Source: the human T2T-CHM13v2.0 reference genome, Homo sapiens
Strand: one strand, 5' to 3'
Length of the DNA stretch: 64,000 nt
Assembly (NCBI RefSeq): GCF_009914755.1
Contig: NC_060928.1
Shown here: positions 41,340-58,363 of the stretch, in pieces
Layout: each line of letters opens with the position of its first letter
How positions within the stretch are numbered: the stretch's first letter is position 1
The notes under the pieces: generated by a model
The model's database searches: none
What the model was told of the DNA's origin: nothing
The model's input: the letters and a program-made list of their open reading frames with translations, nothing else
Made by a program: the position numbers and the translations under genes

Positions 41340-44300
41340 CTGTTACAAAAAAAGAAAGTAAAAGGTTATATGGCAATAAGAGACAAAATATTATTTTAGC
41401 ATATTTTTGCTCAAAAAGTAATATTAAAATAATCAACTATTTCCAGTATCAAAGTGATTTCCTTAAAATCAACTAGATGCATTCCATGCAGCCACAATCT
41501 AAGTGTTCTATTTTTAGTCTTCATGATTCTATTGATCAGAATGCCTGATTTAATATTAGCACATGGCCAAAGTAAAGCAGACTGATGATGCAGCTAGTGT
41601 GGCACTGCGGAAGTCATGCAGCTCAACTTTCCTCCAGGAGTCAGGTGAGTGGCTAAAGCATGAAGGGCAAGGGTCCTTCTGGCTCCATCTTTATCATTAG
41701 GCATGGTATCTTACCTGGTGGGTCTTCAATTAGCATTGAAATTCAGATGAATGAAATCAAACTATTTAACAGAGGTTGATGTGCTACTCTGTGTATGGTC
41801 CGGAAGTAACTCTTGATTAAGAAAACACATTTGCTGCCCTCAATGAACTTAAAGTCCCTGTGTGGACTTGGACAAGTACACAAGTAATTGTGATGTTGTG
41901 GGACAGGTGCCATAATGAGAGAAGACCAGAGCACCTTTCCAATATATGAGAAAATGGGTGATTTAGACTTGGGAAATCAGTGACAGATTCTAGGAGGAAG
42001 TGTATTCTAATACTTTTCCTTAAAAACATAAGTGTTACACAGCAAGGTTGAAAGAAGAAGGCAGGACTCTTGAAAGATGGCTGCTTCAATGACTTCTCTG
42101 GCAAAATATGACAAGTCTGATAATTGGAGCACTAGATAGAGCAGACTGGCTGATAGAAACCACCTGTGTGCACATTGCAGAGGTCTCAAATGTAATCTCT
42201 GAACCTTATTTCCCTCAGAGCCAGGCCGGAGACTGGCAGCTAGCTATAGCAGAAAGAACTCATGAACTGACTGGGTCATCATAACTCTCATAAATCAAGA
42301 CTTTTCTTCTGGAAAAGGTAAACTGTTCTGTGATACATTGGAGTGAGCAGCAGTTGTTAGATTTCCTAGCCCTAGCAGAGCTGCAGACAAGCTACATAGG
42401 TGGGCTGGCAGAACAACTATCATTGCAAATGGGATCTGGAAGTAGACAAGGCCAGCAGATAATTGGCATTTTGTTCACATATACCTTAAGCTCATATGAG
42501 CAAAGGCTACTGCACTTTGAGTATTAATGAGATTGCCGCCCTTTTAGATCCTCCCAGCTTTACATGGCCACCAAGAGGTAATGAGTAGCTAAAGGGAAGA
42601 ACGTAACAACAGATCCATGGGGACCAACCACCTTGATGGAAGACATGTTAAAACACCTAGAATGAAACACTGTGTGCGAAATAAGATGGCAAAATTAATA
42701 AATGCCCTAGGGATATGTAATTACTAATTTAAAAAGATTTAAGGAATAACAAATGTGAAATCGAATTATACAAACTTGATTAAAAGAATGAAGGAGACAG
42801 AACTGGTTAAGAACTAAATTAGAGTCTTAAAGTTTAGACAGGAGAAATCTCTCAACCACACTGAAAAATACAGATGTAATAGTTATGAGGGACGAGGGGC
42901 ATCCTCAAGAGCTTATATGGTTTACTCCTAAATATAACAGGAGTTTAAAAACGAGAAAATGTGAGAAGAGCAAAAACAAAAAATGTTCTAGGGAAATGAA
43001 TTAGCAATAGAGTAGAAACTGGAAGGAAACATGAAATCTAGAAGTTTTTTTTAAAAATACTTTTTAAGATAACACTTTCTTAAGGGGGGTGGAGAGAAAG
43101 ATAGATTTGAGACACACAAAACACAAATGAGAAAATTGATAGTTTAATATTCCTAAGGTATTGAAGGTAGATGCATGCAGGGCACAGATAAAAATATTCT
43201 TTAGTTGTTGATTATCTAAATATAGACACTTTATAGCCTCACTCAGTAATAAGTAGAAATGTTTAATTACCCTGTTGGTCACATAATCGTACCCCGATCT
43301 CCCCTGGCCTACAGAAAGCCAAAGCCTTTATGTTCTGCACACATACCTTCATGCCTCCAGGACCTTAAGGGACATCAAGAGGCATCTGATAGGGAGGAGA
43401 GAGCAAGCACTCTCAACTAGAAACAGAAAAAATGTGGCTTGATATTCATGTAATCAGCCATAAAATCTGGGCCCATTACCTCAAAATGCACATTTTAAAA
43501 ATTATCACCTAAATTTTTCATCTATCCTTGACATTAATTTTCTATCAATTTCTTTTACCTCATTTCCTTTTATATCAACTTCTTTAATATAAATATTTCA
43601 TGGAAGAAGAGGAAAAAATCCTATACTAATAGAAACTATTCTATTTTATATACAATCAACTCCTCCTTAGTTTTAATGTACGGGGGTAAGCCAGGCAAAT
43701 CATGAGACATTAATATTGACAGTGTGAACACTGATCTTCTGAAAGATCTAAGGCCAATGAGTTATGCTCTTATAATTGTTGTGCTAAATGTAACCCTATG
43801 AGAATCCTCTTTTTACATTGACAATACCAGAATTTGACTCTGAATGATGAAGGATGAATATCTGTTCAAAGGCTCACAAGGGACTATGATTTGAACTTTG
43901 AGTCCCTTAAGTCTAAGGTCTCTAAGTCTATGTCCATCATCTCTGCCTATTTCTCTTCTCCCCTTCCTCATTCCCTGACCGACTTTCAGCCCACAGGAAT
44001 CTCTTCTGGGATTCAGCAATGGCAAAGTGAAATATCACGTCTTTCCATTCTCACCTCACAAAAACTGAGCAAATAGGAGTTTGGGAACCACTTTTGTACC
44101 TCATGCTTCTTGTAAGAGATGCATGCACCACATTTAAGTCACTGAAAGACAAGTTTGCATTTAAGGGAAGATTGGCAGCACGTATTTGTGACCCCCCTGC
44201 AGTGAATTTATAGTCTCTGACAGCACTGGGTGTTTTGCCAACTGAAGCAATAAGAAGAACAAACTATGACTTCAGACTTCTACAATTGGATTTTAAGAAT

Positions 44301-45725
44301 TACTACAACCGTTTTTATATTAGAAGAATATTTTCATAGCCTATGAAATATTATTACCATCTGATTCCTTTGTTTTAACATCTTATTTGTTTGTTTGTCT
44401 TAGGAAAGCCAAAACCAGCTAAATGCTTTATCATTTCCATACTGGTAGGTCAAATATGAAAATCTAAACGTATAGCTTAATGTCTTTATGAATGCAAACA
44501 ACAAGAAAGAAAAATAGATTTATAGTTACTAAGCTGTAATTTTTTCACAGAACTAAAACATAATAATATTCAATGACAAATGATAGGGGATACATCTTTC
44601 TATTAGATTTTTAACACAATTTTACAACACAGGAGTGTTTTATTTCTTTAGTAGTCACTCCAGAGTTAGCAATGCTGTAAGGGAGTTGGTAGAAAATTAA
44701 TGTACATTTTAAACAACAACAAAAGTGATCTATCTGAAAATATGTGTTGCTCTTTCCCCTCCCTGCACATGTGTTAACTTACTGTTGTAATACAATTTAT
44801 ATTCCTAGAGAAAGAAAAGATTTCAACAACCAATATTTAATAGTCTGGAAATTTTGCCCACAACTTTTAAAATGACCTACTTACTTGTATTACAAATACC
44901 TTCATCTGGGCCAGGCTTATTTATTGAGACTGTTTGTTTTCTGTTATGGTTTGTGCACTCACTGATGAAAATGCTTCTAGTCAAAGTAGTGAATTCAAAA
45001 TACAGCAACTCAATAAAACTTTAATTAATCAGGACATGAGCAAAGTGTATAAAACTGTCACATACTGAAGAAAGTATAAAATATTCTAATTGAAAGTGTC
45101 ATCTCATTGGTGAAATGCTTTCACTCTCTTTTACTGCATTCTTATACAGTTGTCCTTCAGTGCATGAGAGAATACCAAGGAAAAAATACCTGATGAACTT
45201 CAAGTGTTTCAGAAAGTAAGTCCATATCATGCTAATACCTAATGATTAATTTTTTAAAAGGAATCACATATGTAAAATATTTGAAAGTAATCATGGCAGT
45301 GACTGAATAAAAATCAATTCAAAGGCTGATATACCAGATAAAATAGTTTGAATCGGGCCAAAACATGTTTTTATAAATTGCTTTAGAAATTAATTAAATA
45401 AAGCCAAAAAAGTAAAAATTAAAGATGAGGTACAACAACTGAGACACATAAGTTCAAAGTTGTCCAAATTTGGCATGTATGTTGAACAGTTTTAAAGTTC
45501 ATAAAGAATTTAGTGTTTAAGGCTACTTAGTGGGAAACTTTAAGATCCTCTTGAGGTTCATGGTATAAATGCGAATCATGGAGATGACAAGCAGTTCAAA
45601 TAATAAACTTGCATGGATAGCTAAATATTTCACAAAGAAAAATCTAATCTGATAAATCCATATACCAATGTATTTCATAAAATATTTTTAAAAAGGATAT
45701 AAGTAGCACAATTGGCTATTTTTAC

Positions 45726-45822
45726 CTGTTTTTTGTGGACCAATTACTAGAAATTTTGGTAAGTGGTCACAAGTTTTCTCTCTGGACCAGATGTCTTTGT
45801 GTCGTTTATCATCACATGGATT
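45726..45822 (-). CDS. NDST4: NDST4 coding exon (approx. exon 8), [32 protein letters not shown](G)
   Basis: 97 nt with acceptor ttcttgcag and donor G/GTAAA, phase 0 to 1. Starts the 5'-phosphosulfate-binding loop GPQKTG. Confidence 0.96.
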
Positions 45823-46804
45823 CTGCAAGAAGGAAGAATAAGTAACCTCACAGTGTAATGACTGTCTGGCTCTGTTCTCTAAAAATTGTTCAAAAGATGG
45901 AATCAAATTCTGGCCTAATACCTTAGAACTTGGAGTTAGACCTCACTCTCGTTCTCTGGTTTCCAAATCTTTTTTAAATAAAGTTATTGACACCTTCCTT
46001 ATCTCAAGGCTGGGACTCAGCATCAAGTCCTTCCTGTTGTTATCATCTTTCAGTGTTTGGCAAGGCTCTAATCCCTGTGATACTACTCTATTTCTTGGTT
46101 TATGTTTTATGTCTATATATCAGAGGACTTGACTTAACCTGGTTTCATCATAGTTACTCATATTACTGTGTTCTCCCTAATCATTCCTATTTTTTCTCCC
46201 TAGAGGCTGGAATGCTATCCTTGAATTCCAGACTTGGCCAACTTTTCCTTTTCATTTCATTTCATGTTTTGATTCAAATATTCCCATGGTTTGGCCACAT
46301 CTTATAAGCTGATAGCTTCTAGATCAGTATCCAGCCTCTACCTCCCTCCTGAGCTCTAGACTTAAGGTTTTATATTGCAAATATATCATTTTTGTATAGA
46401 TACGGTGAGGAAATTTCAGACTCAACATACCCAATGTATCCATTGGTCCAATATTATGCCCATCTAACCTACACTTCCAGTGCCAGTTTTTATTTCATTC
46501 TATCTGGCTGACTCTAATTTATTACCAAAATCATTACACTTTTGAGAATTAAAAGGGCTTTTAAAATTAAAAGGATAAAATTTTTGAAATATTTATTGAC
46601 TGCCATGTTGGTTTTATTATATTGGTGACCTACACAATAATTATATTCAAGATGATTGTCACAAGTAAAAGTATTTTTAAAAAACATATACCTTGGAAAT
46701 TAAAACATTCTATTTTTATATTTATTATCCCAATATTAACAATGAAACAAGAAGGAAAAACATTTATGGTTCATATTTCTGTACTTTAATCAGTTCCTTT
46801 TTCA

Positions 46805-48825
<2,021 letters not shown>

Positions 48826-49050
48826 ATTAATCAATTCTTTAGATACATCTTTCTTTAATACTATGTCACCAAAGTTCTGAAGAATGATCGTTTTTGATAT
48901 ATTATTATGTTTTGCTTTTCTATAAAATTGTCTTCAATCCTTCTCAAATTTGCATTTCATAGTTAATAAATGTGAAAGTGTTGACACTCAAATTACTCTT
49001 CTCTGTAAGCCACTGTATTTTTAACTGGAGAGAGAGTTGAGATAAGCCCC

Positions 49051-49361
49051 TTCCTTTCCTTTCTTTCTTTCTTTTTTTTTTTCAACACAGTCTCGCTCTG
49101 TCACCCAGGCTGGAGTGCAGTGGTGCCAACTCGGCTCACTGCAACCTTCTCTTCTCAGATTCAAGTGATTCTCCTACCTCAGCCTCCGGATTATCTGAGA
49201 CTACAGATGTGCACAACCATGCCCAGTTAATCTTTTATTTCTTTGGTAGAGATGGGGTTTTGCCATGTTGCTCAGGCTGGTCTGGAACTACTGGCCTCAA
49301 GTGATTCTCTGGACTTGGGCTCCCAAGGTGCTGGGATTAGCATGAGCCACTGTGCCTGGCC
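49051..49361 (-). mobile_element. AluJb-like
   Basis: Diverged dimer with a (CTTT)n/T tail. Confidence 0.88.
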
Positions 49362-49639
49362 AATAAGCAAATTTTCAGCTCTAATTTTTTTAATATGAAA
49401 ATGTCTAAATATTAGAGACCAAATATTTTCACAATTATTTTCCATTAAGAATGTTTTTCTTTGACAAATACTTTTAAATATAACACTTGTCAAGTGAGTT
49501 TTCTCTAATTATGATTCTTTTAACCATTTTGCCAAATATAGGTGCTGCAAAATCATAGACTTCTCAATATCATTTTATTCTATGACAGAATATAATTTTA
49601 TCCAATTAAAATAGAAGATCCATTAAGAAATGCTTAGGC

Positions 49640-52500
49640 CGATTCTTCCCAGTGTTATTATATAGACTAAAGGGACCAGTATCACCCTGGCATTCTGCAG
49701 AACCTAACACTGGCTCACTATATTGTTGACATGATATTTGGACCTGACAAATAAGTGGAAATTACTCTGGCTGCCTTAATAAAACACATGCACCTCAGAG
49801 GATGGAAGACAAGCATACAAAGTTTTAGGAGCCTGCCACCTTTTAAGCTTTCAGGGGTCTGGACATCTTGAGCACACTGGGACATCCCGTTCATAGCAAA
49901 GTGTAAGTTGTACATTGCAACTCCTACTGCTAAGAGGTAGCACAGTGCTAGGAAATATTTCTCTGTGCATTTATTGAGTGATACAGATAGCTTCAAGTTT
50001 AGGATGGGGCCTAGAGCAAGAAAGGGGTAGGCAGTAGGTAAGGCTGAAGTACAAGCCACCCTCACACTTGGGCTTTATATGCTGGAAGATTCATGATACT
50101 ATGGCATCAATGATATAAATGGATGCCTTGTGGAATATCTGGCAAGTACTTGAAAAGAATCACAATGTACACTTTTAAGGTTCTGTAGCAAAGCATACTA
50201 TCTGAATCATATTACGCAAACCATAGCACTTGTATACTGCTGTATCCAAGAAGAGAGTGCTATGGAAGAGAGTGTTTGTCATTAGTCACTAATGTGATCA
50301 AGTGGCCATAACTACCCACCATGAACTGAATAGTGATAGACCCATCAAATCATAAATTCAGGTATGTCCAGCAACAATTCACTGTAAGATGGGAATGGTA
50401 TATCTGGGATCAGTGTCAGGCTGATCCAGGGGCCACTTACAAATAAGTGGCCCATGATTCTAAGTCACCTGTCACTGTTGCACTGATGCTTCTCCATCAG
50501 CTCATTTTTAGTTTTGTGAAGGGTTTCTATAACCTGCTGACAAAGAGGAGAAACCCAGGCTTGGTTTGCAGATGGGCTAACCCATATGTTAGTAGAAGAC
50601 TAAAATGGACTTTGGTGGCACTACAGTTCCATTCAGAGGGGTTTCTAAAAATCGCTGGTTAATGGAACTCTTTCAGTTGTCAGAGTTGTGGGCAGTGTAC
50701 CTAGTCATCTGCTTTTTGTTTGCTTTGTGGATAGACTTATAGCCAAAGGTAAGGATATGACAAACTAATCAGCAGAGATGAATAAATGGCATAGGATGGA
50801 CAGGACAGGCAACTTGAAGGAACAAGCTAGGAAAATTAAGATAGGAAGTTCTAAGAAAGAGGCATGTGGATGGACCTATGATAGTGTCCAAAGTGTGTGA
50901 TGGTCTTTGTATTATACATTAATGTACACCAGAGAGCATTTTATGTAGAAGAGGCCCTGACAACCAAGAGAGCAGTATGATTCAGCCAGGTTACAACATT
51001 CCTACGTGTTGCCTAACCTCTGTTGTCAACTAACCCAGAGCTAATGCAAATGGCTCATGAATAGAGTAACCATGGCAGCACAGGTGAAAGCCATGCATGG
51101 ACCTCTTTCCCCTATGTCTTCTGTAGTTACTGCCAGTGCTGAATATCTGACCTGACAGTAACAGCAAATACTTTCAAATCTCAGAAATAGCATTATCCTG
51201 CCACTTAGTGAAACATTGATTATATTGGACACTGTGATAATGAAAAGGGCATGATTCACCTACATCAGGTTTGACATGTATTCCAAACATTAACTCTCCT
51301 TCTCTGCCCACGTAGCCCTGGCTATCACCACTATGAAAGGGCTCACAGAGTATATGGCTCATTGACATGTTATCTTACATACTATTGCTTGGGATAAGGG
51401 AAACTTCTTTCTGGTAAAGGAAGCATGGCAGTAGGCATATGGCCCTGAAAGTCACTGGTCCTATTAACATACCCCAGTTTCTACAAGTTGCTCGCCTGAG
51501 AGTGATGGAAAGGCCACTTGAAAGATACAGTTGAGGTACCAGCTTGAAGATATAGTGTACGCATTAAATCATAAACTATTAGTTGGTGCAGAGTCCAACA
51601 AATAGTTTTTATTTAAGGAATACACTATATCACCAACAGGTGCCTCTACTGTACCCTTTGTCCAAAGAGTTGTGTATTTGAGTCCAGGAGTTGATGTGGG
51701 AATGGACCCCCTTACCAGTATTCCCAATGATATGCTTGGAGAATTTGTGCTTTCTTTCCTCATAACTTTAAGGTTGGTGGATCTAGGAATTCTAGCTCCC
51801 ATAGCAGGGAAGATTCCACCAGGAGACATGGGAAGGGGCTCACCAAACACAAAGCTAAAACTCCTACCTGGTCACTTTGGACTTTTTGTGCCAGTAGATT
51901 GGCAGACATGGAAATGAGTTACCATCCTGGTAGGGGTAATTGACCCACATAAACATGAAGAATTAGAACAGCTACTATATAGTGAGAACAGGGAGAAGTA
52001 TCTTTGGCATTCAAATAGTTCACTAAGTTGCTTGTTGGTACTTCCTTACCCAGTTATAACTGTAAATGGCAAAGTATGGCAACCACTGCCTGATAAGTGC
52101 TAGATGGGGGTGCCAGAACAGACTACCATAGTGTACTCCTTAAGTCATCTTTATCTAAACACAGCTTTTCTCCTAAAGAAATTTACAAGAGGAGAGTCAG
52201 TGAGACAAACTATCACTGCTGCTACTTCCTCCAGTCCTAAGACTATCTGACCCACCCAGTATTTCTTCTAGGCCAGCAAAAATGCTAGACAAAGGTGGGG
52301 GAAATACAGAATAGGAGACAAAATGGGAGAAAATAATCACTGATTTCACCTTTGGGACCAAAAGCAGCAATTGTGTTATAGTTTCTCAAAATAATTCTCC
52401 TCTTATAAATTTCCCCAGGCAGGAAGTTTATAGAATCATGAGAAAAAATGTGTCTGGTTGGAGTGAACATAACAAATGAAACTGAGCGTGTACAGAGTAG
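49640..52500 (+). mobile_element. Degenerate ERVL-class internal region (pol RT/RNaseH/IN and dUTPase), probably ERV3-16A3/LTR16 type
   Basis: Motif remnants in ERVL order: HYIVDM (49716, from HYIDD), AWFADG (50559), IDYIG (51215), LPGHFGL...VIDP (~51860-51950). Confidence 0.8.
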
Positions 52501-52502
52501 AG

Positions 52503-52941
52503 TGTGGTGGAAGCTCTTTTCTCCACTGAATGCATCCTCTTTTCAGACTAGAGCAAACCCTCCACTCCTCTGAACTTTGCCAGCTGCTATTGCCCCCAGC
52601 TAGGGGATTGAGAATTCTCCCCGGCTAATAGAAGCCACCTGACCGGAAATCAAACTCTGCATCCCCTCCTCACTCTCAGGGGATAGCCCACCTCCAGTGG
52701 ATGCAGGGGTACGGAAGACTGACCTGCTTGCCTCAAGGTGAGAAAATTGGCCTGTGACTAGTTCTCTCCCTGCAGATCAGGTAAGGCTAGGCTTTACCAG
52801 AGATGACATCCTTGTCAGCTCTTTTCCCGTCTTTTCAGTTTCATAGTTTCCCTTATAGGTTTTTCCTGAAAGCATTTCTTAAATCATTTGCAATGGAATC
52901 TCTATCTCACATTCTGCTTCTAGGGAACACTACCTATGGCA
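52503..52941 (+). mobile_element. LTR16-like LTR (3' LTR of the ERVL remnant)
   Basis: tgtggtgg start, cttgcctcaaggtgaga, end aatctctatctcacattctgcttctagggaac. Confidence 0.7.
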
Positions 52942-53314
52942 ATGGCTATTCATATTCATACTCTATAAAATTAAAAGGCACTCTTGACTCAAATACATTT
53001 CTATCCCTGCTCTCATTGGAACAAGGCTGAAGTACAATCTAAAGGGATCAGTAATGTATAATGACAACCATATTATGTTAGAATTTACCTTGGAAAAAAT
53101 TAGGTTACAGATCCTGGATTTTTCTACAAATTCATCTATGGAAACTGTGATAAAAGGAATTAATTAGAAGCCAGTAAACAACATTCCTTATTTAATTCAC
53201 ATAACTGAAATTTTGTTTTAACTGGTATCTCCATTTTCTGCCATCTTTTTATTTAGTATTCCATCTCATATACTCATATGGTGTAGTTTTAGTTCAACTA
53301 ACCATATTTTTCAC

Positions 53315-53780
53315 TGTGGCAGAGAAGGCTGAACTATCTATTCTTCACTTCTTCAGTCGATAATGGAGCATCCCCTATTTAGCTTATTATGCAGATTCCC
53401 AGCTAGAGAGTATATTTCACACTCTTTCTTCAATGTAGCTTTCTTCATATTAATTTCAGTTCAATGGAAAGTGAGACAAAATGATATGAAGTATCCTCAA
53501 AAATAAAGCCACACTCCCTGGATTTCTCCTTTCCAACTTACCACCAGCTGTAAAATGGCTAGATTGCAGCATGTAACTTGACCTCAAGTGGAAGCCATAT
53601 ATTGAAGAGCGTATCAGTCTGAGCCCCTAGGTGATCATGTGGCGTGGAACTGTCTGCAGCTCCAAGACTACCTGCTTACTTCTGGACAGTTACATGAGTG
53701 AGAAATACATCTTCATTTTATTTAGCCAATGTATTTTTGAATGGCATAATTACAGCAACATCACCTATACTCTAGCTCAT
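53315..53780 (+). mobile_element. MLT1 (I/J-like) LTR
   Basis: tgtggcagagaagg start and tacatgagtgagaaatac...ttacagcaac end. Confidence 0.6.
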
Positions 53781-54214
53781 TGTGTTTCAAAGTACTTGTC
53801 TATGAGAAGATAAGGAGCTTGTGCAAGAATGTGAATCAATGCATTGCTTGTTTCAAAAAGAACATTCTGTTACAAGATAAAAACAAAATTTCAAGGAAAG
53901 CAACTGGTATGCTTAGTGATATAGTTGATTTCTACTCTGGCACCAGCTTCTTGTCTCATGGTAAATCAGCAACGAAATAATTCAAACAGGCTATTAATGG
54001 ACCACACTTTGAGTAGCACTATTCTGAGTTAATAATTGCCAACATCAACTTAATGCTTCAGTTATACTGTATTCACTACTGTAGAAATTCTCATGTTTGT
54101 ACCCTAATCATTGAATTATTTCTCCATGTGATGCTCATATTTTTCCCCAAAATTTTGCCTACATTTCTAGCTTAAGCTAATATCTACCATAAACCTTCCC
54201 TATTTATTTTAGAG

Positions 54215-54410
54215 GGGTAGCATAGCCCAGTCATTAAGAGCATGAACTCATGAGGGAGACTGCCTGTGCATTAAGCAATTTTCCTAAATTATCTGGACCT
54301 CAGTTCCTTATTTATAAAATAGTGGTTGGTAATATTTATCTCATGTGGTTGTTGACAGCATTATATGTTATTTAAAATCATTAAATCATGCTGTATGTAA
54401 GAGTATTTAT
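54215..54410 (+). mobile_element. MIR SINE
   Basis: tagcatagcccagtcattaagagcatgaact...cctcagttccttatttataaaat. Confidence 0.7.
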
Positions 54411-54749
54411 TATTTGATTCCACATTTGCCCTTCTTTTCTTTTTGTCCAGATTAGTTAGGCAAGATTAGTTAGGCAATTGGAGCAAGAGAAAGAGTAAAT
54501 CTCACTGATGGATTGCTTTACTACAGGTGTTCATCTTGAGAGACTTCTTGGTCCATCATTAGAATGTACCAGCACCATGTGTGACTGTCTGTCCACAAGA
54601 TAAGTTTTGCCTCACACAGTCAGATCACTAGACTTCTGGCATCTGTGAGTTACTTTGTAGAGAAATAGCTTGGAGTATCTTTAGCCAACTTGAGGATATA
54701 GATTGCCCTACTAGATTACCTGAAGACCATTATATAATCCTAATTTAAC

Positions 54750-55120
54750 ACATTTCTGTGTATACTTGCTGCCTGGTTCCTGCAACTCATAAAGCCAATA
54801 GTTTCAGCACCGCTTACCATTCAGATCTCAACACAAATGTCAACCCATGCAAGTGGCCTTCCCTGATGATGATAGTCAAAGCTTCTTCCCACTCTTGTCT
54901 CTTTCTGAGTTTCCTGTCATATTTTCTTAATTACATGTCAGTACCTAAAATTATTTTCTTTGTGTGTATGTTTGTAATGTTTATATATATAAGTATAGTT
55001 ATAGTTAATAGTAATTCTATGTCAACTAGAATGTAAGTTCTCTGAAGGTGAGGTCTCTGTCTTCTTTATTGCTACAACCCAATACTTAAGAAATGCTGAA
55101 TAAATATTTGTAGAATGACT
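54750..55120 (+). mobile_element. L2 3' end
   Basis: actagaatgtaagttctctgaagg...aataaatatttgtagaatga. Confidence 0.65.
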
Positions 55121-56169
55121 TAGGACAGGCACAGTAAACATTTAGCAATCGGCATAGACTAATTTGGATATATGTTTGAAAACAAACATAATGTTAATTG
55201 TATAGACATTTAGCATCTAAAACTCCTACAACACACCATACATAATCCCCAATGCTGTCTTTCATGGCAGTCCCAGAAGCTAGTTAATGAGTACACCATC
55301 ACTTTAGAACTTAAACATTATTTCTCTCATATTATCATATAACTATTTATAAAGAACTTCATTTCTGTACTGCATTTTTAGATACAAAGCAATAGGAAGG
55401 CAGTTCTCAACCTATACTTATTGAATTTCCCCACACATAACCCAGCAGAGCAAATCTCAGAGTAGATGTTCACTTCATTTGCTCAAATGAAGATATCTTT
55501 ATGCTTAGCAAAGGTAGAAGAGTAGACTAATTGATAATTCATTGCCACTGTTGAATGTCAAAGTCTTATTTGTGAGCTCGTTCTTGGTTCTGTATGTTCA
55601 ACTCGGCCACTTATCTTCTTTATTGCAGTGCACATGTCTTTGGCATTCTAATTTCTGCTTGCAAAACTGGTGAAATAAAATGTTCACAGAAATAAGCAGA
55701 TTTAATATAAGACTTGAAAAGAGTTGTCGTTGTCTCCAACACAGAGAGAATATGGATAAGCATGCTTTTTGGGGGAAGAGGATGACACTAGTTAATATTT
55801 ATTTATACTTTCCCAGAATGTTGGGATGCTAAGCTGTTACAATACTTGCTGTTCCAAATATTTTTATTACTAACAACTTAATTTACATTATTTCAGGTAT
55901 TCCTATCGGTATGTTCCTCAATATAGGCAGATTGTCTTTTTTTGTAACTGCAATCCTTTTATATTATGCTATTTTAGGGATTTCCAGATGCCCATTTCTG
56001 TTTTCACCTCTTTTCCTGGCAAGTTTTCCCTTTAGCCTGTTAATCAAAACTTTATTAACGGATGTTTGTATTTTCTATTTTATATTCTGAACATGTTTGT
56101 TCAGACTTTTCCTACTCTGACTTTTCTTATACTGTATGAAAATCTGAATACCAGCAAACATAATGTCTA

Positions 56170-56370
56170 ACTTTTATTGATCACCTTCTATATTCCAGGT
56201 ACTTGATTGATGTAGATTATTTCTAAGCTTCAAAGCAACCTGGCAAGACAGATATTATTATCCCTTCTTGATAGCTGAGAAAGCTGAGATGCAAGGTGTT
56301 TTATTTAGGCCCTGCTGAAGGTCACACAGCAAGGTAGTTTCAGATTTAGAATCCAAATCTGGCGTTCTCT
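56170..56370 (-). mobile_element. MIR SINE
   Basis: tattattatccc...gctgagaaagctgag...aaggtcacacagc. Confidence 0.65.
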
Positions 56371-58054
56371 CTGCAGTTAAATTATGTGCGTGTGTGCATG
56401 CGCACATGTGCATGTGAAGTTTTTTGACAATGATTATGAAGGGTAAAGGATCTTCCCTCCAAAAAAGCTAAGCATTTAATTGCACTTTCTTACTTTGTTC
56501 TGTTTCTATTGTTTTAATTTTTAAGTCAGAAAATTAGAAAGCAATTATTTCCCTTTTCATTCTCCAATCTTATTGTTCCCTGCATAACTGAAACTGCAAC
56601 AGATATTTACTGGTTTAAGTATCTAGCACTATAGATATATTTAAACTTTGAAAAAGGAATTCAGTTAAAATTGCTTTAGGCAGTTTATGGCTACAGTGCC
56701 AGTCTAGTGAAAGTACATGTAACTCAGCTGTCACACAGGTACAGGTGATGCACATGGTTTGTATTTGTGGAATATATGAGGCAAATTTACTTTTAAGTAA
56801 ACATAAACAAAGCAGGCAGAAGATTTCCTGAAGCAATGAACAAGACTTAGAAAGGGCAGTAAAATCTGATGAAATTATGTTCCTTGCAAGGGCAGAAGCA
56901 CCCTTGGATATTTCCCTCCAAATAAGTAAAAATTGCAAATTCGCAATCAAGCTAAAAAGAACATAGATTGAAAGAATATCATACCATTTACCTTATTATA
57001 ATTCCATATTTTTATAGGATGCATTAAAATAACTTTTGTTCTTATTATATCTAGTTATTCAAAGTCTACATTGCCTTTTTGCTACTAAAATTTTGCTTTG
57101 CTCACTATTCTCCACATCCTTCACTGGCAAGGACACCATGGAATTATCAATTCAAGATTGATGATCCTCATCCAGGTCACGTGCCTATTCTAGATAACTA
57201 GGACATTTCTAGACCTTAATAGTTGAAACTTTAAAAATGCCCAGTGCTCATGATAGAAGGATTATTTTACTAATTACAAACATTTCAGAGGCCATTGGTT
57301 TGCTTTTCATTTCCCTTTTGGTATTCCCCTGACGGTTTAAAGAAGAATGCTATAAAAGGCATCTTTTAAAACACATTTTTCCTTTCCAATTGGCCTGTGT
57401 TGTTTCTTAATTTTTTCTGCTTATTGAGTCTTGCTCTGTGTATGTCTTTAAAATGCCCTTTCCAAGTTGTATTGTACAGGGTGGTGACTTTCAAGTTTTG
57501 TCTCTCAATGTCATTTAAGCCTAATACAATCCATGTACACTGATGAGGAAGTTTAATAGATTAAGGGTGTTTATTCTCAGTGCTCCAATCAACAAATCTT
57601 TATGGAAAAACTGAGAGACATCTTTATGAAGGCTTGAACTCTCCTTGTTCCCCATGTAAAATCCATGCAGTCCCTCAACTTCTTGGGAAAGTGTTCCTCG
57701 TGTGAGTACACTGATCCATAATAAATGCACTCACTACAGAACTCCTGTAGCACTTAATAGACTGATTTGTCAAACTTTGCTACAAAGTACCCTGAATTTC
57801 AAAGGTTTATAATGCCAACCTCTGGGGGTAGGACTGGATGGAAAGGAGCCCATGGTTCTGTGTCTGTCTGGGGTGACAGCTTCAAGAGTACTGCTTTAGA
57901 CACAAAATGTTTCTAATTTACCCTAAATGTCTATCTATTCTTCACCATATTATACTCATGTTTATTTAAGTAAGTTAATACTACTGGTATTTTCCCATGA
58001 GGTAGTCTCATAGTAAAACTGACCCCAAGAGAAGGTGGCATATTTACTTTGTAG

Positions 58055-58363
<309 letters not shown>

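Noticed and set aside
49718-51917. Domesticated retroviral gene
   Set aside because: The RT catalytic YIDD is mutated to YIVD and the frames are broken; the longest pieces are short.
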